Below are positions 40,116 through 51,984 of a stretch of 64,000 nucleotides of DNA, piece after piece. Each line of letters starts with the position of its first letter. The stretch's first letter is position 1. The DNA is from an uncultured Methanosarcinales archaeon (lineage in GTDB: Archaea; Halobacteriota; Methanosarcinia; Methanotrichales; Methanotrichaceae). The notes beneath the pieces were generated by a model. That model ran no database searches, had not been told where the DNA came from, and worked only from the letters and a program-made list of their open reading frames with translations. The translations under genes were made by a program, and so were the position numbers. The stretch is taken from assembly GCA_963843555.1 (NCBI GenBank), contig CAWJKV010000018.1:32001-96000 (forward strand), given 5' to 3'.

Positions 40116-41915
40116 CTATCTTCCGGAAAGCGCTCTCATGTTTTTTGCGATGGACATTACTATCATAGCCAACAGGCCTAGCATGATAATCTGCCAGAAG
40201 AAATCCTTGATCAGGATTATGGCCGCGATTATCGCTAATATTACGATTATATTGAGCAGGAATTTTGTAAAACGACCCCATATTGTTGCCTCAATGGCTA
40301 AGAAGAATGCAGCAACTACAAAGATCCAGAGGAGCAAATCATTAGGCCTTAAGAAAGCAAGCGCAACGAAAGCGAATAGCAAAAGCCCGCCGCTGATTGC
40401 AGTCCAATACGCACCGAATCGCCCCATAGGTCCTAACGGCGGCTCTGGATAGCGCTTAGTTTGGATATGAGCATGGGGATCACCCCAATCACCTTTTTGG
40501 ATGTCCTGCAAGTAGGACTGGGTAGCTGCGGATAATTCAATTAGATTTGTGTGGCGGGCGACTTGCGCTTTTAGTTCATTTTCGGCTGTTGCCAAGTCCT
40601 TTTGATAGGCCTGGTGAAGTTTATTGAGATATTCTGTTTTCTTAAGGGCTTGTACCTCCAATTCTAAATGGCGTAAGCTGTCTCGTTTTCCTTCAATATC
40701 GGCTTCTGATGCTTTTATTTCCTCTGACAGAGCAGAAATCTTATCCTTTAATCGTTCCGGCAGGAGTTTAGGTGGAGGAACCTTGTCTAGCCCAGACCAG
40801 CCCAGAGGATCGTACCAGGATATGCGAATGGTCCCGTCTCTATTAAACTTGGGACCGGCCGGTCCACGCTCTCCTCCAAAACGATCTCTGGTGTCCATGC
40901 CCCATAGGCCGCGGTATTGTTCTGCCCATCCCATATCTTCTTTCAAGACGATAGGCGTCCAGCTCTCTTGCTGTCCAGGTCCAATGCTCAGCCCATCCCC
41001 CCTGGCATAATCTATGTAAGGCATAACCAGCCTGGATTCTTGCTCGTCCTCGCTTGCAAAAACGCCCTGACCCAATGTCTGGCTCCAAAAATACCTGAGC
41101 TTTGCTGACACATTATTGATGATGCGCAGGAATTTGGGCTCGATGCTTATCAGATAGTCGCCTGGCAAGAAATAGCTGGAATGTGAGCCTCCGCCGGCAA
41201 ATATGACTGGGTGAGTGCCATCGGACTTTTGCAGATCCGGGTCGTCCCATCTTCTCCTCAAGTCGTCGCCGGAAAAATCGTGTGATGCAAAAGCAACCCA
41301 AGCAGGCGTTGGGTCATCGTCATCGGAAAGATAGATAAAAATTTGCTCCCAGTCGGATTCGTGATCGTTGATGCCATCGAAGGTGGAGCGGAAATCATTC
41401 ATTACGTAAAAGAAAATATAATGCAAGACTATATAGCCGCCTTCGCGAAGAACTCTCGAATAATAGACATATTTGTGATCTTTGTCTAACATTTCCCGAT
41501 ACTGCACTTCCGCGTTCGCCGTTGTGCCGCTTGGAATCATCCCTCGTACCAGGAAGGAGGCATCGTTAAAAGAATCCACAATGCGCGAGAACAAGCCTAC
41601 CCGAGCCATCCGCCCCAAAGTTTGAAAAGATGGTCTATTTGGGCGAAGCCGCCAGCTCTGATAGTCAATAACATCCATTGGCGCGTCAACAAAGCGCAAG
41701 AAGAGCACATGCTTGGGCGGGACCTCTTTGAACAAACCCAGCTTTTCCGCGGAAAGTTCACCCACCTCGGCAAGTAATTTCTCGTTGCCATGATCATCAC
41801 GAATCCATAAGCTGCAGCGCTGAAGATACCCGTCCACTGCACATGGATAGAAGAGTTCACCTCTTGTGAAGTGGACAACAGGTTCAAATTTCTGTAATAG
41901 TTTTAGCTCTTCCAT
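40116..41915 (-). CDS. Large hypothetical protein: Vps62/NPP1-like domain, coiled coil and 3 C-terminal TM helices
   Basis: FEP..HF..GE.FYP, FFY..ND, DHESDWE, ASH, HP.IF.G.GSH.SY, GLWG..GP.GP. Confidence 0.6.
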   Translation of the reverse strand: MEELKLLQKFEPVVHFTRGELFYPCAVDGYLQRCSLWIRDDHGNEKLLAEVGELSAEKLGLFKEVPPKHVLFLRFVDAPMDVIDYQSWRLRPNRPSFQTLGRMARVGLFSRIVDSFNDASFLVRGMIPSGTTANAEVQYREMLDKDHKYVYYSRVLREGGYIVLHYIFFYVMNDFRSTFDGINDHESDWEQIFIYLSDDDDPTPAWVAFASHDFSGDDLRRRWDDPDLQKSDGTHPVIFAGGGSHSSYFLPGDYLISIEPKFLRIINNVSAKLRYFWSQTLGQGVFASEDEQESRLVMPYIDYARGDGLSIGPGQQESWTPIVLKEDMGWAEQYRGLWGMDTRDRFGGERGPAGPKFNRDGTIRISWYDPLGWSGLDKVPPPKLLPERLKDKISALSEEIKASEADIEGKRDSLRHLELEVQALKKTEYLNKLHQAYQKDLATAENELKAQVARHTNLIELSAATQSYLQDIQKGDWGDPHAHIQTKRYPEPPLGPMGRFGAYWTAISGGLLLFAFVALAFLRPNDLLLWIFVVAAFFLAIEATIWGRFTKFLLNIIVILAIIAAIILIKDFFWQIIMLGLLAMIVMSIAKNMRALSGR

Positions 41916-42351
41916 CCTTCACCTCTTCACCCTTGCTTACAAATACCCTCTGGACATCCTTCTGATTGAGATAGAACACAATTATAACATTAAGAAGCAT
42001 AGTGAGATAAGTGGGTTGAGCGTGGAGGTATCCCCAAATATCGACCAGGATGCTTGAGCCAACTTGGATCATCAATAGCAACCAGGCCCAGCGCTCTAAA
42101 CGCCACAGTCCAAAAATAATAACAAGTTCGAAGATGATAAATATCGGAAAAAAGCTGTATTGCAGCAATAATATTCCTATAGGAGCTCCTTTCATATCAA
42201 GCAATTGAATGGCATCGTCTCCATAATTCACCCCTCGAGAGGCAACGAAGATCAATGCTAACAACAAGGAGTAGAGGATCATCATGAAGATGATAACAGA
42301 AATTCCAAAGGGATGTTTTCGTGTTGATCGATCGATCGGTTCGGTATTCAT
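41884..42351 (-). CDS. Membrane protein (DUF2127-like)
   Basis: HPFG, GLW.L.RWAW, N.IIVFYL...V...F. Confidence 0.6.
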   Translation of the reverse strand: MNTEPIDRSTRKHPFGISVIIFMMILYSLLLALIFVASRGVNYGDDAIQLLDMKGAPIGILLLQYSFFPIFIIFELVIIFGLWRLERWAWLLLMIQVGSSILVDIWGYLHAQPTYLTMLLNVIIVFYLNQKDVQRVFVSKGEEVKDGRAKTITEI

Positions 42352-42503
42352 AATTTCCTCAACTCATCCTAGCAAGATCCCGGAGACTATATTCCTGCAA
42401 TCACTCATTTGCACAATGCTTATTTCCCATCTATGCATAAATAAGTTTGGTCCTCGCCGTCCTGAGTGGTTAGGTGTAAGGTTTAATAAGACGAATGTAT
42501 TTT

Positions 42504-42530
42504 AAAAAAAGAGGAGCTTTGAAAGCTCCT
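42504..42530 (-). terminator. Hairpin plus U-tract terminator downstream of the DUF308 gene
   Basis: AGGAGCTTT-G-AAAGCTCCT inverted repeat followed on the minus strand by C and T7. Confidence 0.65.
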
Positions 42531-42553
42531 TCGTGGTCAATAATCGAACGGCT

Positions 42554-43099
42554 TTACATTTTGCGCATCTTAAACGCCATATATATGGTAACCAATCCTC
42601 CGATTATTCCCAAGGCAGCCAGGAAATACACCAGCAACACCACGCCCATGTAAGGCGAACTGAGCAATATCAGACCGAAGAGTATGCTGAGAACACCCAT
42701 GATGGCTGCGCCCCACCCTGCCTTGAGCGCCCAAAATAAGCTAATAGCTCCGAAACAAATTCCCAGAATGCCTACTAATAGGATTAGAGAAGTAGGCAGC
42801 AGAACTGCGCTCGCCATCGGGTATCCCAATATCAATAAACCTGCCACTATTCCCAGAATACCACTGGCGATCTTCCAGATCATATCGGTTCTATCCATGA
42901 AAAGATAGACCAGAGTCAATATACCTATAATAAGCCAATACCATCCGAGGACTTGCACTAGAAATAGAGTTGTTCTTGCAGGACTTATGATCAAATATAT
43001 TCCTATGATCAATGCTGCCAACCCTTCCAACAGAACAAGCCACCAGGGAGGGAGGTTAGCGTCCGCCCTCGATGTTGTTGATTGAGATGTTTCTGTCAT
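42554..43099 (-). CDS. HdeD/DUF308 family membrane protein
   Basis: WWLVLLEG..A.IIG..L...P..T repeats of paired TM helices. Confidence 0.8.
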   Translation of the reverse strand: MTETSQSTTSRADANLPPWWLVLLEGLAALIIGIYLIISPARTTLFLVQVLGWYWLIIGILTLVYLFMDRTDMIWKIASGILGIVAGLLILGYPMASAVLLPTSLILLVGILGICFGAISLFWALKAGWGAAIMGVLSILFGLILLSSPYMGVVLLVYFLAALGIIGGLVTIYMAFKMRKM

Positions 43100-43404
43100 A
43101 AAGATCCCCCTTAACTATCTTCAATTACCTGATTACTGGTCTTTGTAACCTTAAATGAATTGAGCTTCATAATATAAAGAACTTTTGTTTATTTGAACAT
43201 TTTCAGGAGGATTTTCTCATTTTCATGTTCGCTGCTTATAAACTACAGCCCTCCGTATTATTAGCATCAAACAGAGTGAGCTCTCTTCCTCAAGATCATG
43301 GCTTACGGTTGATTGCATCGCTGCAAGATAACTATTCTAATATATATCCTGAGCACGGAGCATTGCAAAAAATATATAAGACAAATTCTTTTATATCTGG
43401 ATTA

Positions 43405-44460
43405 TCATTCGCGGCCGTTCCTGGGAAAAATAGCCTCTGCTATGGCCTCTGCGGGAGACCTTATTATCTTTCCTATGGCAATAACAGCCTTGCTCCTAAC
43501 TAGCAGATTTTCATCATTCAGCGAATTTGTCAGAGGCTCTATTGCTTTTATATCACCAATTTCTCCCAGAGCAATTGCTGCCGCTCCTCTTGCATTAGCA
43601 TTTGAATCATTGAGAACGTATATCAAGGGATTAACAGCTCTTGGGTCTCCAATTTTTCCAAGTGCTAAGGCTGCAGCCTCTCTGATATTGCTGTCTTCAT
43701 CAGTCAGAGTTCGAACCAGTGGATCCAAAGCATTTGGATCTCCAATCTCCCCCAACGCTTCGATAGCAGCCACTTTTACTGCATTATCTCCATCCTCTGT
43801 TGCCTTAATAACTGGTTCGACGGCCTTCGGATCACCTATTTGTCCCAATGCCCACGCGGCCTCCGCTCTTACGGCACTATTCTCATCCGAGAGAGCGAGG
43901 ATTAGGGCATCTGTTGCCGTTGTGTTATTGAGCTGTCCTAAAGCTCCTGCAGCCGCTATTCTAACGCTGGTATCTTCGTCTGTGAGGGTCTGACTCAGAG
44001 GATCAATGGCCATCGGATCGCCTATCAGACCTAGAGCCCAGGCAGCAGCTCCTCTCACATTGCTATCGCTGTCCTGCAATGTCTGGCTCAGGGGATCGAC
44101 TGCTTTGGGGTTTCCGATCATTCCCAGAGCCCACGATGCAGATCTCCTCACATTGCTATCTCTATCATTCAGAGCCTCTATGAGAGGATCAACTGCCTTT
44201 TCATCTCCTATCAACCCCAGGGCAAGAGCTGATGACGACCTTAAAACACTTCCATTGCCATTTAAGGCAGCTATTAAGTGATCTGTTGCTTGAGGATCTT
44301 GGCTTTCCCCAAGTGCCATGGCGGCCTCGCTCTGCATTGTTGTGTTCTCGCTTGCCAGGTCCAAAACCAGTTCGTCTATTTCTTCAGCACTGGAAGCTAT
44401 CACTGAAGTTAAACTGAGAAGAATAATGATTGATGCTAAACTAATTAATCTCAAAATCAA
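43405..44460 (-). CDS. Secreted HEAT (PBS-lyase-type) repeat protein
   Basis: Signal peptide plus about 9 repeats of VR..AA.ALG.IGD..AV.PL...L.D. Confidence 0.9.
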   Translation of the reverse strand: MILRLISLASIIILLSLTSVIASSAEEIDELVLDLASENTTMQSEAAMALGESQDPQATDHLIAALNGNGSVLRSSSALALGLIGDEKAVDPLIEALNDRDSNVRRSASWALGMIGNPKAVDPLSQTLQDSDSNVRGAAAWALGLIGDPMAIDPLSQTLTDEDTSVRIAAAGALGQLNNTTATDALILALSDENSAVRAEAAWALGQIGDPKAVEPVIKATEDGDNAVKVAAIEALGEIGDPNALDPLVRTLTDEDSNIREAAALALGKIGDPRAVNPLIYVLNDSNANARGAAAIALGEIGDIKAIEPLTNSLNDENLLVRSKAVIAIGKIIRSPAEAIAEAIFPRNGRE

Positions 44461-45053
44461 ACCTCCTTTAACACATATGGTTTCTAAAACTTATAATTAT
44501 TTTTGGTTCCTCGCTATTCTGAGTGGTATGGGGTGAGGATTAATAATATCATTTATTGAATTATTATCATGACGCTCTTGCAGGAAGAACTATTCAAATT
44601 GATCTTATCCGAGATCTATATCTTGAGATTGTCCTTTAGAGGCTAATACTATTTGGCCCTTAACCATTCCTTCGTCTTAAATAAGAAAAACGTATATATC
44701 TAATAAGTTTTATACAGAAGAGAAAACTCGAAAATCCCGTTGCTTAGGAGATCAGCAGGCCATTCAAGAAAAGATAAGGGCGGCTTATCCAAACCGAAGA
44801 TGGATTGGCGCTTCTACCACTGCCCAGTAGCCTTGAAGAGATGAAAGACCTGGTTTTGGCAGGGATAGAATAGAAGAGGAATCAGTGGACAAGTATTGCA
44901 GAGAGGACGAAAGAGGTCTATGCTTAAGTTATGTCTTAGAGGATTCCCATTAACCAATATGTTTTCGCCTCTCCTTAAATATTATATATAAAACCTTGCG
45001 GAAAATCAGAGTTAATAGGAATCATCTAATTGAAAATTTATAGAAGTAGGAAA

Positions 45054-46456
<1,403 letters not shown>

Positions 46457-46460
<4 letters not shown>

Positions 46461-46843
46461 GGTTGAAAGTCATCCTTCCCATGCAGGTCCTCATCGATCA
46501 GGAAGTGACGAAGATTGTTGCTGAAGCGGAAGATGGTTCTTTCGGCATACTTCCAAAGCATATCGATTTTGTGGCAGCACTTGTCCCAGGTATCTTTTCT
46601 TTTGAGTCGGATAATGGAGAGGAATTTCTCGCCATTGACGAGGGAATTCTGGTTAAATGCGCATCTGATGTCATGATTTCCACAAGAAAAGCGGTACGCA
46701 GCAAAGATCTGGGAGAGCTGAAAAAGACAGTGGAATATGAGTTCAATATACTCGATGAACGAGAGAAAAAAACTCGCTCCATTCTGGCCAAGCTTGAGGT
46801 AGATTTTACCAAGCGCTTCTTAAAAATGAGGGAGAAGGTGTGA
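46457..46843 (+). CDS. atpC: N-ATPase epsilon subunit
   Basis: AE..DGSFGILP.H.DFV.AL.PG. Confidence 0.9.
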
Positions 46844-47164
46844 TGGCTAAATTGAAAGCCGGAAATTCTGAAGGAGTTTACAGAAAAGGTAGGCACGAAA
46901 GAAGCGCGCAAAATGAAAGCCAGAAGGGATAGAAACAAGGGCATATGGATCGGTCTGGGAATGATGGGAATGATTGGCTGGTCGGTGGCCATCCCCACTT
47001 TGATCGGCGTAACCATTGGGATCTGGATGGATACCAGATACCCAGGACATATCTCCTGGACTCTTACATTTTTGTCCATTGGCTTAGCGGTTGGTTGTGT
47101 TAATGCCTGGTATTGGGTTGAGCGAGAACGGAAAAAGATTGAGGGAATTCGAAGCGATGAATGA
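46843..47164 (+). CDS. atpQ: N-ATPase AtpQ (AtpI/AtpZ-like); 5' frameshift
   Basis: W.GLGM.G.IGWSVAIPTL.G...G.W.D..SWTL..G.NAW.W. Confidence 0.85.
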
Positions 47165-47445
47165 AATTCTAACGCTGACACTAAGCTTGATATCCGGCAT
47201 TCTGCTTGGATTTTTCTACTTCGGAGGGCTGTGGCTGACTTTGAAGCGTCTGCATCAATCAAACCAGCCGGCTCTCTTGACAATAGGCAGTTTACTGGGA
47301 CGATCGGCAGTTTGCCTCTTTGGCTTTTACCTCATTTCCAGAAAGCGGTTTAGAAGTGTTGTTCCTCAGCCTGGCGGGTTTCGTTTTGTCCAAGATTGCA
47401 TTGATTCATCGCTTTGGTCTTCAGGCTCATAAGGAGGCAGACTAA
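47157..47445 (+). CDS. atpR: N-ATPase AtpR; 3' frameshift
   Basis: G.LLG.FYFGGLW.T...S..GR. Confidence 0.8.
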
Positions 47446-48149
47446 GTGGTCGAGTTGAGTCCCTGATGAGGTGGTGTTCTGGCAATGGGGATTCGTCTCC
47501 ATCAATGAAACAATAGTCTTCACCTGGGCGTAATGGCATTGCTCGTCATTTTGGGCTGGCTGTCGCACGCCGTCTTTCCGTGGAACCGCCGCTCTCGCGC
47601 TCGCAGAACCTGTGTTGAAACAATCATTACCTACATGCAAAGCCAGATACGAGATATCGCCCAGATGAATCCGGATCTTTATTTGCCCTTCTCAGGCACT
47701 TTATTTCTATTCATCTCGGTTGCCAATTTGCTGGATATCGTGCCTGGTTATCGTACGCCGACCAGCTCCATCTCCACAACCGCAGCGCTGGCCATCTGCG
47801 TCTTCTTTGCTGTTCCTGTTTACGGAATTTCACAATCAGGGATCTGGTCGGCTATCTCAAGCACTATGTTGAGCCCACAGTCTTGATGCTGCCTTTCCAC
47901 ATTATTGGGGAGTTTTCTCGCACACTGGCCATGGCGGTAAGGCTGTTCGGGAATATGATGAGCGAGACCATGTTGATGGCAATTTTACTCACCATCGCCC
48001 CTTTATTCTTGCCTGTGTTGCTGGAATTGCTGGGGCTGCTTATCGGTCAGGTGCAGGCATATATCTTCGCGGTTCTGGCCACCGTTTACATTGTTTCAGC
48101 AAGCTCGAATGAGGGAAAAACTGTAAAAGGTTCTAAAGGAGGAAATTGA
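47446..48149 (+). CDS. atpB: N-ATPase a subunit; several frameshifts
   Basis: PT.S.STTAALA, IGEFSRTLA.AVRLFGNMMS, QAYIF.VLA.VYI. Confidence 0.85.
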
Positions 48150-48166
48150 TATGGCTAGGCGTTGAT

Positions 48167-48433
48167 ATGGCAAGTGTTGATACTATCGGCATGGCTTCCA
48201 TTGTTGTGGCAGGAATGACCATGGCCATCGGCTCCATCGGGCCGGCAATCGGCGAAGGCTGGGCATTGTCCAAGGCATTGAGCGCTATCGCTCAGCAGCC
48301 TGATGAGGCAAATACTATAACTCGAACTCTCTTCGTCGGCCTGGCCATGGTGGAATCTATTGCCATTTACTGCTTTGTGATATCTATCATCCTGATCTTT
48401 GCCAATCCCTTCTGGAACTATGTGGCAAAATAG
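48167..48433 (+). CDS. atpE: N-ATPase c subunit
   Basis: GSIGPAIGEG..IAQQPDEA..ITRTLFVGLAMVESIAIY..FANPFW. Confidence 0.93.
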   Translation: MASVDTIGMASIVVAGMTMAIGSIGPAIGEGWALSKALSAIAQQPDEANTITRTLFVGLAMVESIAIYCFVISIILIFANPFWNYVAK

Positions 48434-48442
48434 GAGGACAAA

Positions 48443-49256
48443 GTGCAGATAGACTATTTCACTATAATTGCCCAAATTATCAACTTTCTAATACTGGTCT
48501 TCCTGCTCAGGCACTTTCTGTACGGGCCTCTCCTCAGATCGATGGACGAGCGAGAGCAGAAAATAAGCACTCGATTGAAGGAGGCCGAACAACAGATGAA
48601 AGAGGCAGAGCAAGAGACAGACTCTTACTCGCAAAATATTACAGGAATTATCAGAAAAAAGTGAGGAAATGAACACCAAGGCAGCAGAAGAAGCACAGAG
48701 TTTGGAGAAAGCTTTAATGCAAAAAGCGCGCGACAGCGTTGAGGCGAGCAGAGCCAAATGGTTTGAGGATTTTGAGCACCAAAAAGAGTCAATTCTTGTA
48801 GATCTTGGCAAGCATGCAGGCGCTGAGATATATTCCATTGTCCGCCGCGCCCTACAGGATCTTGCTGACGAGAATATGGAGCACCAGATACTCAATACGT
48901 TCATCAAACGCCTGCAAAATATGGATGCCTTTGAAAATGGCAAATTTAAGGAATTTTATAAAACTACTGGCCAGCAAATCATTATGAAGAGCACTTTTGA
49001 GATTGCCGAAGAGATGCGCCAAAAGATAAAGGAAATTGTTCGCAATCAAACCGGAAGGGACGTGAAAATGCAGTTCAAGATTGTGCCGGAGTTGATCTGC
49101 GGGGTGGAAATGAGCACTCACGACATGAGGATTGGCTGGAGCATCGCCAGCTATCTAAATGTGTTGGAAGCTGATTTGCAAGAAGGGCTTGAGCAAAGAG
49201 CATCCAAAGAAACACAGAATAATGGTGCTGGGGAAAATGAAAACCAACGAAAATAA
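48443..49256 (+). CDS. atpF: N-ATPase b subunit with delta-like C-terminus; frameshift near 48645
   Basis: IDYFT..AQIINFL.LV.LL..FLY.P; PELICG.E....IGWS...YL. Confidence 0.88.
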
Positions 49257-50751
49257 AGAATTTCAGGATGCTCTGGCCAAAACCTTTGTTGGTCTCAGTC
49301 GAACCCTTGAAAGCTACCAGCCTCAACTGAATTTTGAAGAGATAGGGATAATATCCTATCTGGGTAACGGCATAGCTCGCATTAAGGGTTTGCCGCACAT
49401 AAAATCAGAGGAACTCATCGAATTTGCTGGAGAAAAATTGGGGATTGCCTTCAACCTGGATCCGGAAGAAGTTGCGGTCATCATGCTCGATAAGAGCGAA
49501 GACGTAAAAGCAGGGCAGGAAGTGCGTCGAACCGGAAGGGTCATGGATGTGCCTGTGGGAGAAGAGCTTCTGGGAAGGGTGGTAGATGCAACGGGAAGGC
49601 CGCTTGATGAAGGCAAACCAATCCGCCCTTCAGAAAGACGACCCATCGAGCGCGAAGCTCCGGCGATTATGGATCGAGCTCCTGTTAATATCCCGCTTCA
49701 GACAGGAATCCTCGTGGTGGATTCCATGATTCCTGTAGGCAGAGGCCAGCGGGAATTGATACTGGGAGACCGTCAGATTGGTAAGACGGCAGTTGCTCTT
49801 GACGCCATTGTCAATCAACAAAAAGAAGGGATGATATGCGTTTATTGCGCTATCGGACAGCAGAGATCGGCAGTAGCCAGAGTGATTGCCGATTTACATA
49901 AGTATGATGTCATGAAAAATTGTATTGCTGTTGTGGCAACAGGCGATGATCCACCCGGTCTAAATTTCATTGCTCCCTATGCCGCCACCACTATGGCGGA
50001 GTACTTCATGGAAAAAGGGCAGGATGTGCTGATCGTATATGACGATTTGACCCGCCATGCTCGTTCTTACCGGGAGCTGTCTCTATTGTTGCGCCGTCCT
50101 CCCGGCAGGGAGGCCTTTCCGGGAGACATATTCTATATTCATTCCCGCCTCCTGGAGAGATCCACTCATCTGAAAAGCGGCGGCACCCTTACAGCTTTGC
50201 CCATCATTGAAACTGAGGCTCAGGACATTTCAGCTTACATTCCCACTAATCTCATTTCTATTACCGATGGCCAGATCTATCTTTCCCCCGATCTATACCA
50301 GGAGGGAGTTTTGCCTGCTATTGATGTGAGTAAATCTGTCTCTCGTGTGGGAGGAAAGAGCCAGCTCCCGGCTTATCGTGAGGTTGTAGGCGATCTGCGC
50401 CTTTCTTATTCCCAATTCCAGGAGCTGGAAGCTTTTGCAAGATTTGGAACCAAGCTGGACGAAGAGACCCGAAAAACTCTGGAACGTGGACGGCGAATCC
50501 GCGAAGTGCTGAAACAGCCCCGGTATGAACTAATACCGGCTCCGGTGCAGATTGCCATTCTTCTGGCTGTTACTGCAGGTATTTTGGACAATATTTTGCT
50601 AGACGAGATTTCTTCCGCAAAAAAAGCAATCAGAAAGGCGTTTTCAGAAGAGGCACCGGAATTATATCAGCGGATTTCATCTGCCGGAAAGCTCAGTTCT
50701 GATGATAAGGAGAAGATTCTGAGCATATCTAGAAATGCTCTGAAAAAATAA
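49237..50751 (+). CDS. atpA: N-ATPase alpha subunit
   Basis: [48 protein letters not shown]. Confidence 0.95.
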   Translation: MKTNENKEFQDALAKTFVGLSRTLESYQPQLNFEEIGIISYLGNGIARIKGLPHIKSEELIEFAGEKLGIAFNLDPEEVAVIMLDKSEDVKAGQEVRRTGRVMDVPVGEELLGRVVDATGRPLDEGKPIRPSERRPIEREAPAIMDRAPVNIPLQTGILVVDSMIPVGRGQRELILGDRQIGKTAVALDAIVNQQKEGMICVYCAIGQQRSAVARVIADLHKYDVMKNCIAVVATGDDPPGLNFIAPYAATTMAEYFMEKGQDVLIVYDDLTRHARSYRELSLLLRRPPGREAFPGDIFYIHSRLLERSTHLKSGGTLTALPIIETEAQDISAYIPTNLISITDGQIYLSPDLYQEGVLPAIDVSKSVSRVGGKSQLPAYREVVGDLRLSYSQFQELEAFARFGTKLDEETRKTLERGRRIREVLKQPRYELIPAPVQIAILLAVTAGILDNILLDEISSAKKAIRKAFSEEAPELYQRISSAGKLSSDDKEKILSISRNALKK

Positions 50752-50761
50752 GAGGAACAAG

Positions 50762-51643
50762 ATGGAAGAGCTGGAACGTTTGAAAAGGAAGATCAAAAAT
50801 GCCAGCGAGTTGCAGTCTCTGGTCAAGATAATGAAGACGATTTCTGCGTCTAACATCCGAGAATATGAACAGGCAGTATCTTCCCTCACGGAGTACAATA
50901 ATACCATTGAGTTGGGTCTTCAGATCGTACTGCGAAATAAACCAAAGGATCTTTGGACAGCCGGCGCTTCGGAGGGGGAAAAACGCCTAGGCGCGGTGAT
51001 CTTCGGTTCTGAACAGGGACTATGCGGTAATTTTAACGAGCAAATTTCAGCCTATGCTATCGAGAGAATGAATGAGTCTGAGCATAAAGATCTTACAGCT
51101 CTTGCAGTTGGAGAGCGGGTAGTTGCCCACCTTGAAAAAGCAGGACAACCAGTTGAGACGCATTTTTCCTTTTATGGTAACAATTTGGGCATCACACAGG
51201 TTATGCTGGAAATGCTGGTCAAGATAGAGGAGTGGCGAACGAAAAAAGGTATTGACCAAATAGTACTCTTCTACAACAGGTCAGCGCCGAATGCGGCATT
51301 TAGTCCTCATATGGTGAATCTCATCCCACTTGATGCTAAATGGCTAGGCGGCCTGACTGAAAGAAAGTGGCGATCCCACACTCTGCCTACCTTCTCCATG
51401 GACGTCGATCAACTTTTTTCATCTCTAATGCGGCAGTACCTTTTCGTCTCCCTTCATCGTGCTTTTATTGAATCCCTGGCCAGCGAGAATGCCAGTCGGC
51501 TCTTGTCTATGCAGATGGCAGAGAAAAATATAGAAGAGCACCTGAGTGAGCTTAATGTTCAATTTCATAGAGAGCGCCAGGCAGGTATAACCTCAGAATT
51601 GTTGGATGTGGTGACGGGATTTGAAGCATTGACCGGCGAGTAA
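50762..51643 (+). CDS. atpG: N-ATPase gamma subunit
   Basis: GSEQGLCG.FN, SLASENASRL..MQ.AEKNI, RQ..IT.ELL. Confidence 0.93.
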   Translation: MEELERLKRKIKNASELQSLVKIMKTISASNIREYEQAVSSLTEYNNTIELGLQIVLRNKPKDLWTAGASEGEKRLGAVIFGSEQGLCGNFNEQISAYAIERMNESEHKDLTALAVGERVVAHLEKAGQPVETHFSFYGNNLGITQVMLEMLVKIEEWRTKKGIDQIVLFYNRSAPNAAFSPHMVNLIPLDAKWLGGLTERKWRSHTLPTFSMDVDQLFSSLMRQYLFVSLHRAFIESLASENASRLLSMQMAEKNIEEHLSELNVQFHRERQAGITSELLDVVTGFEALTGE

Positions 51644-51984
51644 AGAAAAGACTAGGAGTTTATGAACGAACAAATTCACCCCTGATCTCTCGTCAAAGGC
51701 ATGTTTAGATCAGAGGCGAGACCACCTCTTCGGATCTCGTATCATTATAATTCTAGTGATAAAATTTATCTGTAGTGCTTGCAGAACCGTATTCTGCAGT
51801 AGAAAAACCATTATCTTCTATAGTCTGCGAACAAACCCGGAAAATAGCGCTAGCACTTGATCTTTCTACCACTAGGCCTGAGTGTAAATAAAATGCGAAC
51901 AGAGGCCATAGACAAGGTTTAAAAAGAATCAGAATACTAATACAATGTAATCATAGATTATCGGTTTGGAATCAAATCTTAAGG

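Noticed and set aside
44520..45050. Riboswitch or small gene upstream of the N-ATPase operon
   Set aside because: No recognisable aptamer consensus or convincing ORF; an Rfam scan would be needed
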